This document shows positions 8,676 to 16,790 of a DNA stretch of 64,000 bases, in pieces (position 1 is the stretch's first letter; each line of letters begins with the position of its first letter). The notes under the pieces were generated by a model, which saw only the letters and a program-made list of their open reading frames with translations, did not search any database and was not told the DNA's origin. A program made the position numbers and the translations under genes. This stretch comes from Alphaproteobacteria bacterium (GTDB taxonomy: Bacteria > Pseudomonadota > Alphaproteobacteria > RF32 > CAG-239), in assembly GCA_016283295.1 (NCBI GenBank), contig JAEEMQ010000030.1, forward strand, positions 11,482 to 75,481, given 5' to 3'.

Positions 8676-8843
8676 CAGTTTTGCAAAATTACCTATTAAG
8701 ATATTATTTAGAGAAGAAGTGCTTATTTTACTTCTTTTCGCAGGTGATTTTATGTTCGTTTTTTCCTAAAACAACCACGTTGTTTTACGGCTCTAGATAT
8801 TAGCAAACAAAAAAATCATACATCAAACAAAAAATTTCAAGTC

Positions 8844-11800
8844 ATGGAAAAGAATGGTTTAACAAGAGCATTCCGTTGGATGGTGGCATTATTCGCCGCT
8901 GTCATGTTTTTCACTGCTTGCGAGAAACTCGAAAGCAATGTTTCAACCAAGTCCGAAGACGAGCCGGTCATACCCGTCGGAGGAATTACGTACGAGAACT
9001 CCTTGGCTCATTCCATCGATACAGCCTTGAAGGTCAAGGTCAGCGACCACATGACCGCCGGGCTGACGATTTGGAGAACCGAGGACGGACAGAAGGCCGA
9101 AAAGCTGTTCGACAACAAGGAGTACCCCTTGATGGAAGCCTACTCCCATCTGGCACGTGAGGACTATAACATCACGCGCGCTCAGTTGGACATCCGTCCC
9201 TCATCCGAGAACATTTCTCGCGACGAGGGCAGAGACAACGATGGTAATAGACTGGAGCTGGACACCGTCTGGCACTACTATCCGGACATGCAGATTGCAA
9301 GTTATCCGGTAAAGATTACCAGCAAGACCGTTGAGTACGATAATGTGGTGTACTACTACCCGTCGGTGACATTGGAAAGGGCTGAGTTTGTTTGGTTGAA
9401 GAACAAGGAGATTAACTCTAAGGCACGCACCCGTGCGTCTTATGTTGCAGGTGTTTATAACACCGAATACAAGATTAATCTCTATCTTCGCGAAACCAAA
9501 GTGAACGATCCCAAAACCTTCGTACTGCCGTTGTATGCGAACACTACGAGAAGCGTACTTGATGAGGATGCCATTGAGAAAGTGGTGGCCGAGAACAAGA
9601 CCCGCGAGCTGCTCGACAGCTTAAGGGAAAGATGCTCGTTTGAGAGAGTCACAACTTGGAAATCGGGTGAAACGACTCGGGAGAAGATTGAAATCATCCT
9701 TCAGCACAAGGTGGACAAGATTGCCCCGTATAAGAAGGACGTCAAGAATTTCAACTATCAGCTGGCACAGGTGAACGGCATCAAGCCGGGCAGCGAAGCA
9801 GAAAACCGCACCGAGGGCTACTGGAAGGTATGGCGCAAAACCGATACCTATTCAGCTGACCACTCAAACGGTGTAGCTGCCGACAAGATTACTACCGACT
9901 ATTCTCTTATGCACGAGCGTACAATCTATAAAGATGACTATCTTGAGGTTGAGTTCGACTATGAGGATTATCGCGTGGATGAGCTTGCTACCAATGTGAC
10001 TCCGATGAATTCCGACCGCCAAGGCTACACCGAGGCTTTGTTCGATAACCGCATCAACACGACCTATATCAGCTACAAGCAACAGGTCAATGAGCAGGTT
10101 TATCTCTACAAGGCTGACAAGAAGGCTGACGACTACAAGTTTGAAAATCCGAAAGTAACGGTCTATAACGACTCCGTAACCGCCGATATTGATTTCATCA
10201 TTATCTACGATGACGGCACCAAGGACAAGATTCACGACCACATCAAGGCCGCACGTTCTTTGAGATGTCTTACCAACTGGGAATCTTCTCAGAAGATGGC
10301 ATCACAGATTACAAGCGACGATGTAAGAGTTAATCTGCTCTCAGGCGACGAAGTTAAGAACGGCTACTGGAAGTACACCAAGCAGACCAGGAAGCTTGCT
10401 TCCGATGCTACGTTGTACGACGGCTCGGTTATGCCAAACGAGTGGGAAGCCGTTGTACCAAACGGATTTGTTTATACCCGCGAGGGTAAGACTTATACGT
10501 TTGACAACATCGCTTTCAACGTCAAGCAGATGGGTGGCTCACTCACTGCAGCCGGCGAGAAGGACGGTTTCTCTTTGCATAAGTACGGCGACGCCATCGA
10601 CGTGATTTACGGAAACAATACTCAGCGCTCCGTTGCACCCGGATTGATAAAAATCAGCAATAACACTGTTGAAGGTTATGAAATCCGCAACAAGCAGTTG
10701 AGCATTACTCCGACCAAAGTCGTGGTTTCTCTCGACTTTATCACGAAGTTCGTCAACGGTACCGAGAGCAAGGATCCCGTCACCAAGGAATTCCCACGTA
10801 GCCTCATCGTTACGACTAACTGGACCGCAAACGAGAACGCAGCTACCGAAAGCACCGCAGCTCCGACCTTTACGTTGGCTTCAACCAACAATAAGGAAGA
10901 AGGCGAGTGGAAGTGGAAGGAGGAAACACGCAACATTACGGCTAAGGTTACGTTGGCTTCAAGCCAGCAGACCAACGGCTGGACAAGCGTGGATCCGAAT
11001 AACATCGTGTTCACCCGTCAGGGCATCACGGCAGACTTCGGTACATTAACGTTCACGACCAACAAGGTATCAAGTGCAGCTACTCTGAAGGAGAGCACCG
11101 CTCAGACGGAAACCTACGATTACGCCAATATCATCAGCGTACGTTACGGTAACTCGGCGACAAGCGACCTCCAGAACAGCACCGCACCGGGTAAGATTAT
11201 CGTGCAGAAGGCAAGAACCATTACCGGACATGAGTTCCGCGATCCATCCCTCACCGTTGAAAATGACTATGTACTCGCTAAGATTACTTATGTCACCAAG
11301 TTCAGCGATGGCACAGAGGAGAAGGAAACTTCAAATCTGAAGGTGAATCGTATTCTCAACCCGTACACTTCTTGGACATCAAGTGAGACCAACGCCAACG
11401 AAACCACCGGTTCCGCCAACGTAAACCTCACCAACTCCGAGAACAAGACGGACGGTTATTGGAGCTTTGTTGCCGAAACACGTGACATCACGACCAAGGC
11501 TAAGTTAGCCGGCAGTGAGCAGACCAACGGTTGGACCTCGGTTGATCCCAACAGCTTTGTATACACCCGCGACGGTGAGCAGTACAAGTTTAATAAGATT
11601 AACTTCAGTGCCTTAGAGGCAGGTCATTCCGTGAATCTCTCCGGCGAGACGGCAACGTCTTCTACCTATGCTTACAGCGATAAGATCAACGTAACTTACG
11701 GTAGCAACACCAAGTCGTCATCGGCACCGGGTACCATCACGGTCAAGAAGGAGGTAACGATTACCGACTACGAGATTACCGACCCGAAGATTACCGTCAA

Positions 11801-13298
11801 TCAGAATGATGTGACCACGTCGCTGACATGGGTTACCAAGTATTCTGACGGAACTAAGAAGACTGAGGCAGTGAACAAGTCGTTCCCGCGCAGCTTCAAG
11901 GTTTTGAGCAACTGGTCTTCTAAGGAGGATGATAACACGCAGTCGACATCCGCAGCCAGCGTCAAGCTCAACGGCTCCGAGAGCAAGACAGACGGCAACT
12001 GGAGCTATGTTAAGGAAACCCGAAACATCAGCACCACAGCTCGTCTTAAGGGCTCAAGCCAGGAGAACAAGTGGGAAAGCGTTGACCCGAACAAGATTGT
12101 GTACTCCCGCGAGGGTAAGTCACACGACTTCGGTACGCTGAATTTCTCCGCCACCGAGACCGGCGCCAACGTGCAGCAGAAGAGTTCGAGTGCAACCGAG
12201 ACCGTTTACGGATATACCGATAACATTTCGGTTTCCTACGGTTCCAACAGCTTCAACTCATCGGCACCCGGTACCATCACGGTGAAGAAGGAAGTGACCG
12301 TTACCGACTATGCGATTGAGAATCCGCAGATTACCGTTAATCGGGATAATGTGACCACGTCTCTGACATGGGTTATCAAGTATTCCGACGGAACTCAGAA
12401 GACTGAGGCAGTGAACAAGTCGTTCCCGCGCAGCTTCAAGGTTTTGAGCAACTGGTCTTCTCGTGAGGATGACAATTCGCAGACTACCGGCTCGGCAAGC
12501 GTGAACCTCTCCGGTTCCGAGAGCAAGACGGACGGATACTGGAGCTATGTCAAGGAAACCCGAGACATCAGCACCACAGCTCGTCTTAAGAGCTCAAGCC
12601 AGGAGAACAAGTGGCAATCGGTTGACCCGAACAAGATTGTGTACAGCCGTGAAGGTAAGACACATGACTTCGGTACGCTGAATTTCTCCGCCACCGAGAC
12701 CGGTGCCAACGTGAAGAAGACCAGTTCGACCGACGCCGAAACAGTTTACGGTTATACCGACAACATTTCGGTTTCTTACGGTTCGGACAGCTTCAACTCA
12801 TCGGCACCCGGTAAGATTACGGTATCTACTCCTTGGACTCCCGACATCAATGTCAAGTTCACCGATGCAAAGGTAACCGCCACCATGGATGAGAACCATA
12901 AGACTTGGATGTATGCAGTGAGTGTACATTGTACCGACGGCACCTTCCCCATTCTGATTCGTCAGAATGCAAGTGCTCCGGATGCAATCAACATGAGCTA
13001 CAAGACATCGTCTACCAATTCGAATCTGAATGGTGCTTACTACATCAACGGTACTTGGCATAACGCTGTTGCCAGCGATGAGTCAAAGCACATGGCTTGG
13101 AGGGATGCAAATGGCGAGACCATGGGTATCCTGATCTATTCAACCGCTACCATGTGGGGCTGGGATGATGGTCATACGTCCGGCGGACATCCGACTGTCT
13201 TCACAGAGAAAATATCGGTAGAGCTGAATAGCGACAAGAGTGTATTGACGATCTACCGCGATGGTAGAAAGTTGGCTAGCTATAAGGGCAAAAAGTAA
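8844..13298 (+). CDS. Giant surface lipoprotein with five tandem ~180-aa S/T/N-rich modules
   Basis: 1484-aa ORF. The N-terminus MVALFAAVMFFTAC-EKLE has a lipobox-like Cys26. Five repeated modules and a distinct C-terminal domain. No SD before the ATG. Codon usage differs from the neighbours. A strong terminator lies downstream. Confidence 0.85.
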   Translation: MEKNGLTRAFRWMVALFAAVMFFTACEKLESNVSTKSEDEPVIPVGGITYENSLAHSIDTALKVKVSDHMTAGLTIWRTEDGQKAEKLFDNKEYPLMEAYSHLAREDYNITRAQLDIRPSSENISRDEGRDNDGNRLELDTVWHYYPDMQIASYPVKITSKTVEYDNVVYYYPSVTLERAEFVWLKNKEINSKARTRASYVAGVYNTEYKINLYLRETKVNDPKTFVLPLYANTTRSVLDEDAIEKVVAENKTRELLDSLRERCSFERVTTWKSGETTREKIEIILQHKVDKIAPYKKDVKNFNYQLAQVNGIKPGSEAENRTEGYWKVWRKTDTYSADHSNGVAADKITTDYSLMHERTIYKDDYLEVEFDYEDYRVDELATNVTPMNSDRQGYTEALFDNRINTTYISYKQQVNEQVYLYKADKKADDYKFENPKVTVYNDSVTADIDFIIIYDDGTKDKIHDHIKAARSLRCLTNWESSQKMASQITSDDVRVNLLSGDEVKNGYWKYTKQTRKLASDATLYDGSVMPNEWEAVVPNGFVYTREGKTYTFDNIAFNVKQMGGSLTAAGEKDGFSLHKYGDAIDVIYGNNTQRSVAPGLIKISNNTVEGYEIRNKQLSITPTKVVVSLDFITKFVNGTESKDPVTKEFPRSLIVTTNWTANENAATESTAAPTFTLASTNNKEEGEWKWKEETRNITAKVTLASSQQTNGWTSVDPNNIVFTRQGITADFGTLTFTTNKVSSAATLKESTAQTETYDYANIISVRYGNSATSDLQNSTAPGKIIVQKARTITGHEFRDPSLTVENDYVLAKITYVTKFSDGTEEKETSNLKVNRILNPYTSWTSSETNANETTGSANVNLTNSENKTDGYWSFVAETRDITTKAKLAGSEQTNGWTSVDPNSFVYTRDGEQYKFNKINFSALEAGHSVNLSGETATSSTYAYSDKINVTYGSNTKSSSAPGTITVKKEVTITDYEITDPKITVNQNDVTTSLTWVTKYSDGTKKTEAVNKSFPRSFKVLSNWSSKEDDNTQSTSAASVKLNGSESKTDGNWSYVKETRNISTTARLKGSSQENKWESVDPNKIVYSREGKSHDFGTLNFSATETGANVQQKSSSATETVYGYTDNISVSYGSNSFNSSAPGTITVKKEVTVTDYAIENPQITVNRDNVTTSLTWVIKYSDGTQKTEAVNKSFPRSFKVLSNWSSREDDNSQTTGSASVNLSGSESKTDGYWSYVKETRDISTTARLKSSSQENKWQSVDPNKIVYSREGKTHDFGTLNFSATETGANVKKTSSTDAETVYGYTDNISVSYGSDSFNSSAPGKITVSTPWTPDINVKFTDAKVTATMDENHKTWMYAVSVHCTDGTFPILIRQNASAPDAINMSYKTSSTNSNLNGAYYINGTWHNAVASDESKHMAWRDANGETMGILIYSTATMWGWDDGHTSGGHPTVFTEKISVELNSDKSVLTIYRDGRKLASYKGKK
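10134..12848 (+). repeat. In-frame tandem coding repeats, five units of 540-552 bp
   Basis: Units start at 10134, 10677, 11229, 11769 and 12309 (aa 431, 612, 796, 976, 1156). Each has the motifs …NW(T/S)S…T(D/E)G(Y/N)W…ETR(D/N)I(T/S)…W(T/E/Q)SVDPN…APG(T/K)I(T/I)V. The last two units are near-identical at DNA level. Confidence 0.9.
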
Positions 13299-13316
13299 TT
13301 ACCTGCATATTAAAAG

Positions 13317-13353
13317 AACAGCGTCTTCTTGATTGAAGACGCTGTTTTTTTTT
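13317..13353 (+). terminator. Rho-independent terminator
   Basis: Perfect 10-bp stem CAGCGTCTTC (13319-13328) / GAAGACGCTG (13335-13344), followed by a 9-nt T-run. Confidence 0.8.
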
Positions 13354-13369
13354 GCGTTTATTTTTTTAT

Positions 13370-13398
13370 TTGCCTTTGGCTGTCGGCTGTGTTATGCT
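13370..13398 (+). promoter_or_regulatory. Putative extended -10 sigma70 promoter
   Basis: TTGCCT (13370-13375), 17-nt spacer ending in TGT (13390-13392), TATGCT (13393-13398), upstream of the CDS at 13425. Confidence 0.4.
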
Positions 13399-13424
13399 TG
13401 AAAAACAAGTAAAGGAGTAAATCG

Positions 13425-15197
13425 ATGACAGATGATGAGTTGATGGCTGCCTTTGGCGAAGGTGCAGCTCCGGAAGATAAACAGGCAGAGGCCCCGCAAA
13501 ATACGGCCGATGCACAACTTGCCGCACAACTTGGCCAAGCGGTTGAGTTAAAAGACGGAGATATGGAAACTATCGACACTTTTGTTAACAAAAGCAGAGT
13601 CGGTTGTTTAAAGCGTATGGCTACGATGTCACTTTCCAAAGAAGACGTAAAAGCAAACATAATCAAGCCGGATATAACTCAACCTAAGGATTTACTTAAA
13701 CCGGGAATGATATCCGAAGCTAAACCCGGAGATAAAGATTATTCCCCAAACGCATTAGCTTACTGTTCGTCAAAGGACGGAAAGATTGTTCTTCAAGATT
13801 ATCAAGGAGAGCTCCGTGATGATGATTTGTTGGGTAAAGAATATCAAAAGGGTAATACGATAGCCAAGCTTTCGGTTGCCTACCACGAGTTGACTCACTA
13901 CAAACATTTTGAATATGACAACAGCGACGATTTCAAACATCCGGTTGATATAATCAAAGGCAGTCGGTTGAGTGAAAAAGTGGCTACGGCGGTACAATAC
14001 AATAATGCCGCTCAACTCTACACCATTCTGAAAGACCAAAATGTAACCCAAATTTCCGTAAATGGTGAAACCAAGCCGATTGAAAGCATTTTAGAACCTT
14101 TTGAAGGCTTAAAAGAATACGTGACGCAAAACGGTTATTCGCCGAACAACAAAAAAGACGTGCGGGCCGTTACCGAGATTGCCAGTAATTGGTGGAATGA
14201 AAAGCGCGAACAGGGATATACGTCACAACATTTGATATCCTCCGTAACCAGAAACGGTGCGGCAAATATTTTTGATGCGCTGAAATCGGATGAAAAAGTG
14301 TATGATGCCACCGCCAAAAGTATGTTGAAAGACGTATACATCGGCAACAATACCAATATCGATTTATCGCATTGCCGCGATTTGTTGGATGACATGACAA
14401 ACGAACAGGCTTTGGAGCTTACGGGAAATCAGCTGACGAGCTATCAATCCGGTGTAACGTTTAAAAATGCCGAAAAAATTTCTGCTTATTTGGAAACCAA
14501 AGGCCTGAAAACGGATGAAGAAAAATTGGCGTACCTGCAGGAAAATTTTGATAAAATGGTACTTCGCAACGGAGAATACGATAAAGATTTGAAAGAGCTT
14601 TTACTCAATCTCGAATCGCCTGACAAAGGCACTATTGTTTATGCCGACGGGTTGGAAGAACATCGCGGTGCCGACGGAAGTTATTCTCTCAAAAAAATCG
14701 GAGCCAAGCAACAACAAAACGCCGGAGACGGCACGGAGCTGGGTGTCAATACGACAACGAACACCGGCGTATCCGCAGCCGGTCCGGCGGAAATACCCGC
14801 CGATGATAAAGCGAAAATCGCTGCCTTGAGCGGCAGAAGCGGTCGCTACCAAAGCCCGGAATCGTTGCAGGCCGAAGCTTTGCAAGCCGAGCAGACCATT
14901 GACGCGCCGACCGTTGCTCCGGCTTCTCAGGAAGTAACACAACAAGCGCAAACCGCTCAGCCGCAACAAGCACAACCGGCACCGCAACAAGCGGTTGCCG
15001 AGGCTCAACCTGCCGGCAAAAAAGTAAAAGATATGTCGCCGCAGGAAAAGCATGAATTTATAAACGAAAATTTGCGCATGGGTAATAACCCGAATCTGAG
15101 CGGCGAATCGAAAAAATCCCGCAAAAAGACCAAGACTAAAGCGCGAACCGTCGACAATACCGTGGCACAGGCGCAAACTCTCCAAGCCGGCCGCTGA
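13425..15197 (+). CDS. Hypothetical protein with an HExxH motif and a low-complexity Q/A/P- and Lys-rich C-terminus
   Basis: 590-aa ORF with AAGGAG SD. HELTH at aa 154-158 (13884..13898). Acidic N-terminus with no signal peptide. The C-terminal third is Q/A/P-rich and ends in …SKKSRKKTKTKARTVDNTVAQAQTLQAGR. Confidence 0.75.
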   Translation: MTDDELMAAFGEGAAPEDKQAEAPQNTADAQLAAQLGQAVELKDGDMETIDTFVNKSRVGCLKRMATMSLSKEDVKANIIKPDITQPKDLLKPGMISEAKPGDKDYSPNALAYCSSKDGKIVLQDYQGELRDDDLLGKEYQKGNTIAKLSVAYHELTHYKHFEYDNSDDFKHPVDIIKGSRLSEKVATAVQYNNAAQLYTILKDQNVTQISVNGETKPIESILEPFEGLKEYVTQNGYSPNNKKDVRAVTEIASNWWNEKREQGYTSQHLISSVTRNGAANIFDALKSDEKVYDATAKSMLKDVYIGNNTNIDLSHCRDLLDDMTNEQALELTGNQLTSYQSGVTFKNAEKISAYLETKGLKTDEEKLAYLQENFDKMVLRNGEYDKDLKELLLNLESPDKGTIVYADGLEEHRGADGSYSLKKIGAKQQQNAGDGTELGVNTTTNTGVSAAGPAEIPADDKAKIAALSGRSGRYQSPESLQAEALQAEQTIDAPTVAPASQEVTQQAQTAQPQQAQPAPQQAVAEAQPAGKKVKDMSPQEKHEFINENLRMGNNPNLSGESKKSRKKTKTKARTVDNTVAQAQTLQAGR

Positions 15198-15300
15198 TTG
15201 CTACATACATTTATACCGCAAATACCGTTATTTTGACTTGCAATTTTGCGATTAATTTCGTATACTTTGGACATAAATTATAACTATTAATCCTCTTATT

Positions 15301-15699
15301 ATGGAAAAATTCGAAATTTTGCTGATTGTCGCGGTAGTCGAAGTCGGCAACTTGAGAGATTTTGATTTGGAAGAACTTTCCGAATTGTGGGCCGCGTTGA
15401 CGGTTTGTATGGACGACGAGTACTTTTTTGCCACCTTTGATGAAGATCAGAAGGCCGCAGTTAAGGAAGCCCTGCAAAGCGTTGAGGACGAATTGAAACA
15501 CCGCGGCAGCAAACCGCTGAACTTCTTCAAAATGATGCAGGAAAATCCGGCTAAGGTCGAGTATTACCTGAAACAGTTTGACCTGCCGAAGCTGATGGAT
15601 TTGGCTAAAGACCTGGAAGACTTCAAGAGCTCGCAGATTGTTGCCGATTTTTTGAAGCTCGTCAACAAACAAATTTATCAACGGATTCCGGTTGCATAA
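15301..15699 (+). CDS. Small acidic hypothetical protein
   Basis: 132-aa ORF followed directly by a strong plus-strand terminator. No obvious SD. The longer antisense ORF 15211..15681 looks like a shadow frame. Confidence 0.5.
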   Translation: MEKFEILLIVAVVEVGNLRDFDLEELSELWAALTVCMDDEYFFATFDEDQKAAVKEALQSVEDELKHRGSKPLNFFKMMQENPAKVEYYLKQFDLPKLMDLAKDLEDFKSSQIVADFLKLVNKQIYQRIPVA

Positions 15700-15705
15700 A
15701 AAAAA

Positions 15706-15737
15706 GGGGGAACATTGACTTGTTCCCTCTTTTTTTA
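15706..15737 (+). terminator. Rho-independent terminator
   Basis: Stem GGGAACA (15708-15714) / TGTTCCC (15721-15727), 6-nt loop, then TCTTTTTTT. Confidence 0.7.
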
Positions 15738-15775
15738 ATCTGAAATTAACTCATGTCATATATCATTTTTCGTAA

Positions 15776-15804
15776 TTGACGGATAGTATATATTCTGCTA
15801 TATT
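15776..15804 (+). promoter_or_regulatory. Putative sigma70 promoter of the pilin-like gene
   Basis: TTGACG (15776-15781), 17-nt spacer, TATATT (15799-15804), 30 nt upstream of the ATG at 15835 (AAGGAG SD). Confidence 0.45.
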
Positions 15805-15834
15805 TAGTGAAAAGTAACTGCAAGGAGATTTATC

Positions 15835-16407
15835 ATGAAAACAAACGAAACCGGTCGTTCAATGATTGAAATGCTCGGCGTGTTGGCCATTATCGGGGTT
15901 TTATCGGTAGGCGGCATTGCCGGATATTCCAAGGCTATGAACGTATATCGGGTGAATAAGTCCGTAGACCAACTGATGCAAATTGTGGCCAGCACGCGGT
16001 CGCTGTTTGCCGGACACAAATTATACACCTCTTTAACCAAAAGCAATAAGCCGAATATGGATCTGATTAAAAAGGCTCATTTGGTGCCTGACGATATGAT
16101 TAATGGCAACACTATAGAAAATGTTTACGGCGGTGAGGTATTGCTCAATAAGGCAAACAAAGGAAGCCGCACGGATAAGGCCTTTTCCGTTTATTTTGCG
16201 ATGATACCGCAATCATCTTGCATTGAGTTGGCAACCAAAGAATGGGGCCAGGGCAAAACTTCGGGATTGTATTCCATCAGCATTAACGGCACGGTGGTTC
16301 ATCAGGCAGATGCCACTGATGATAAAAAGAATCCGGTGGGTATTGCCAAGGCGGCAACTAACTGTAACAGCGCCACAGATAATAAGATTCTTTGGGTGTT
16401 CTATTAA
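15835..16407 (+). CDS. Type IV pilin / pseudopilin-like protein with a non-canonical class III signal
   Basis: The N-terminus is MKTNETG|RSMIEMLGVLAIIGVLSVGGIAGY: a Gly, then Glu at +5, then a ~20-aa hydrophobic helix. The C-terminal Cys pair (C128…C177) resembles a pilin D-region. Confidence 0.8.
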   Translation: MKTNETGRSMIEMLGVLAIIGVLSVGGIAGYSKAMNVYRVNKSVDQLMQIVASTRSLFAGHKLYTSLTKSNKPNMDLIKKAHLVPDDMINGNTIENVYGGEVLLNKANKGSRTDKAFSVYFAMIPQSSCIELATKEWGQGKTSGLYSISINGTVVHQADATDDKKNPVGIAKAATNCNSATDNKILWVFY

Positions 16408-16423
16408 TTATATTTTGATTTAT

Positions 16424-16460
16424 CAAAAAACGCCGCCTCATAATGAAGCGGCGCTTTTTT
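16424..16460 (+). terminator. Rho-independent terminator
   Basis: Stem CGCCGC (16430-16435) / GCGGCG (16447-16452), then CTTTTTT. Confidence 0.65.
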
Positions 16461-16490
16461 ATATTGCATTTATGTATTTGTCAAAAAAAT

Positions 16491-16518
16491 CTTGACTTTG
16501 TCCATAAAAATGTTACAA
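16491..16518 (+). promoter_or_regulatory. Near-consensus extended -10 sigma70 promoter
   Basis: TTGACT (16491-16496), 16-nt spacer ending in TGT (16510-16512), TACAAT (16513-16518). Confidence 0.5.
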
Positions 16519-16597
16519 TGAGCGCAGAAAAGAATTATATATAAGTTATTTTTGGAGGTCAGGAAGAAATTAAGCCTCGTTAAAAATCCTGTTTATT

Positions 16598-16780
16598 ATG
16601 AGCAAGGACGCTATATTTGCATTGTTTATATTAGTGTTCATGGTGATAGTAGCTTATTGCGCTTTTCAGTGTACTCCGAAACCTCGCCATTATCATCCGA
16701 CCAAACAGAAAACTGAGTACGATAATTATCGCCCCAGTTCTCACAAGATGCCGAGTACGAGTAGTACTTATCATATGTAA
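16598..16780 (+). CDS. Small membrane protein (60 aa), hypothetical
   Basis: N-terminal TM helix AIFALFILVFMVIVAYCAF followed by a polar, His/Pro/Ser/Tyr-rich tail. Bracketed by the 16491 promoter and the 16795 hairpin. No clear SD. Confidence 0.45.
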   Translation: MSKDAIFALFILVFMVIVAYCAFQCTPKPRHYHPTKQKTEYDNYRPSSHKMPSTSSTYHM

Positions 16781-16790
16781 ATTATATCAA

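Noticed and set aside
8780-8846. Absence of an SD before the 1484-aa ORF, read as evidence for Bacteroidota-style expression signals (that is, a contaminating contig).
   Set aside because: A good proteobacterial-type extended -10 promoter and a canonical hairpin terminator flank the gene, and both junctions are continuous with host-like sequence. The HGT hypothesis was kept, but contamination was not claimed.
10134-12848. A regular tandem repeat array, checked as a possible CRISPR or satellite.
   Set aside because: The units are 540-552 bp, in frame and entirely coding within one ORF. There are no short repeat/spacer alternations and no cas genes.
15211-15681. A 156-aa minus-strand ORF competing with the 132-aa plus-strand ORF 15301-15699.
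   Set aside because: A strong plus-strand terminator (15708-15727) follows the plus ORF, and all neighbours are plus-strand. The minus translation is Phe/Gln/Leu-rich shadow-like sequence with no SD.
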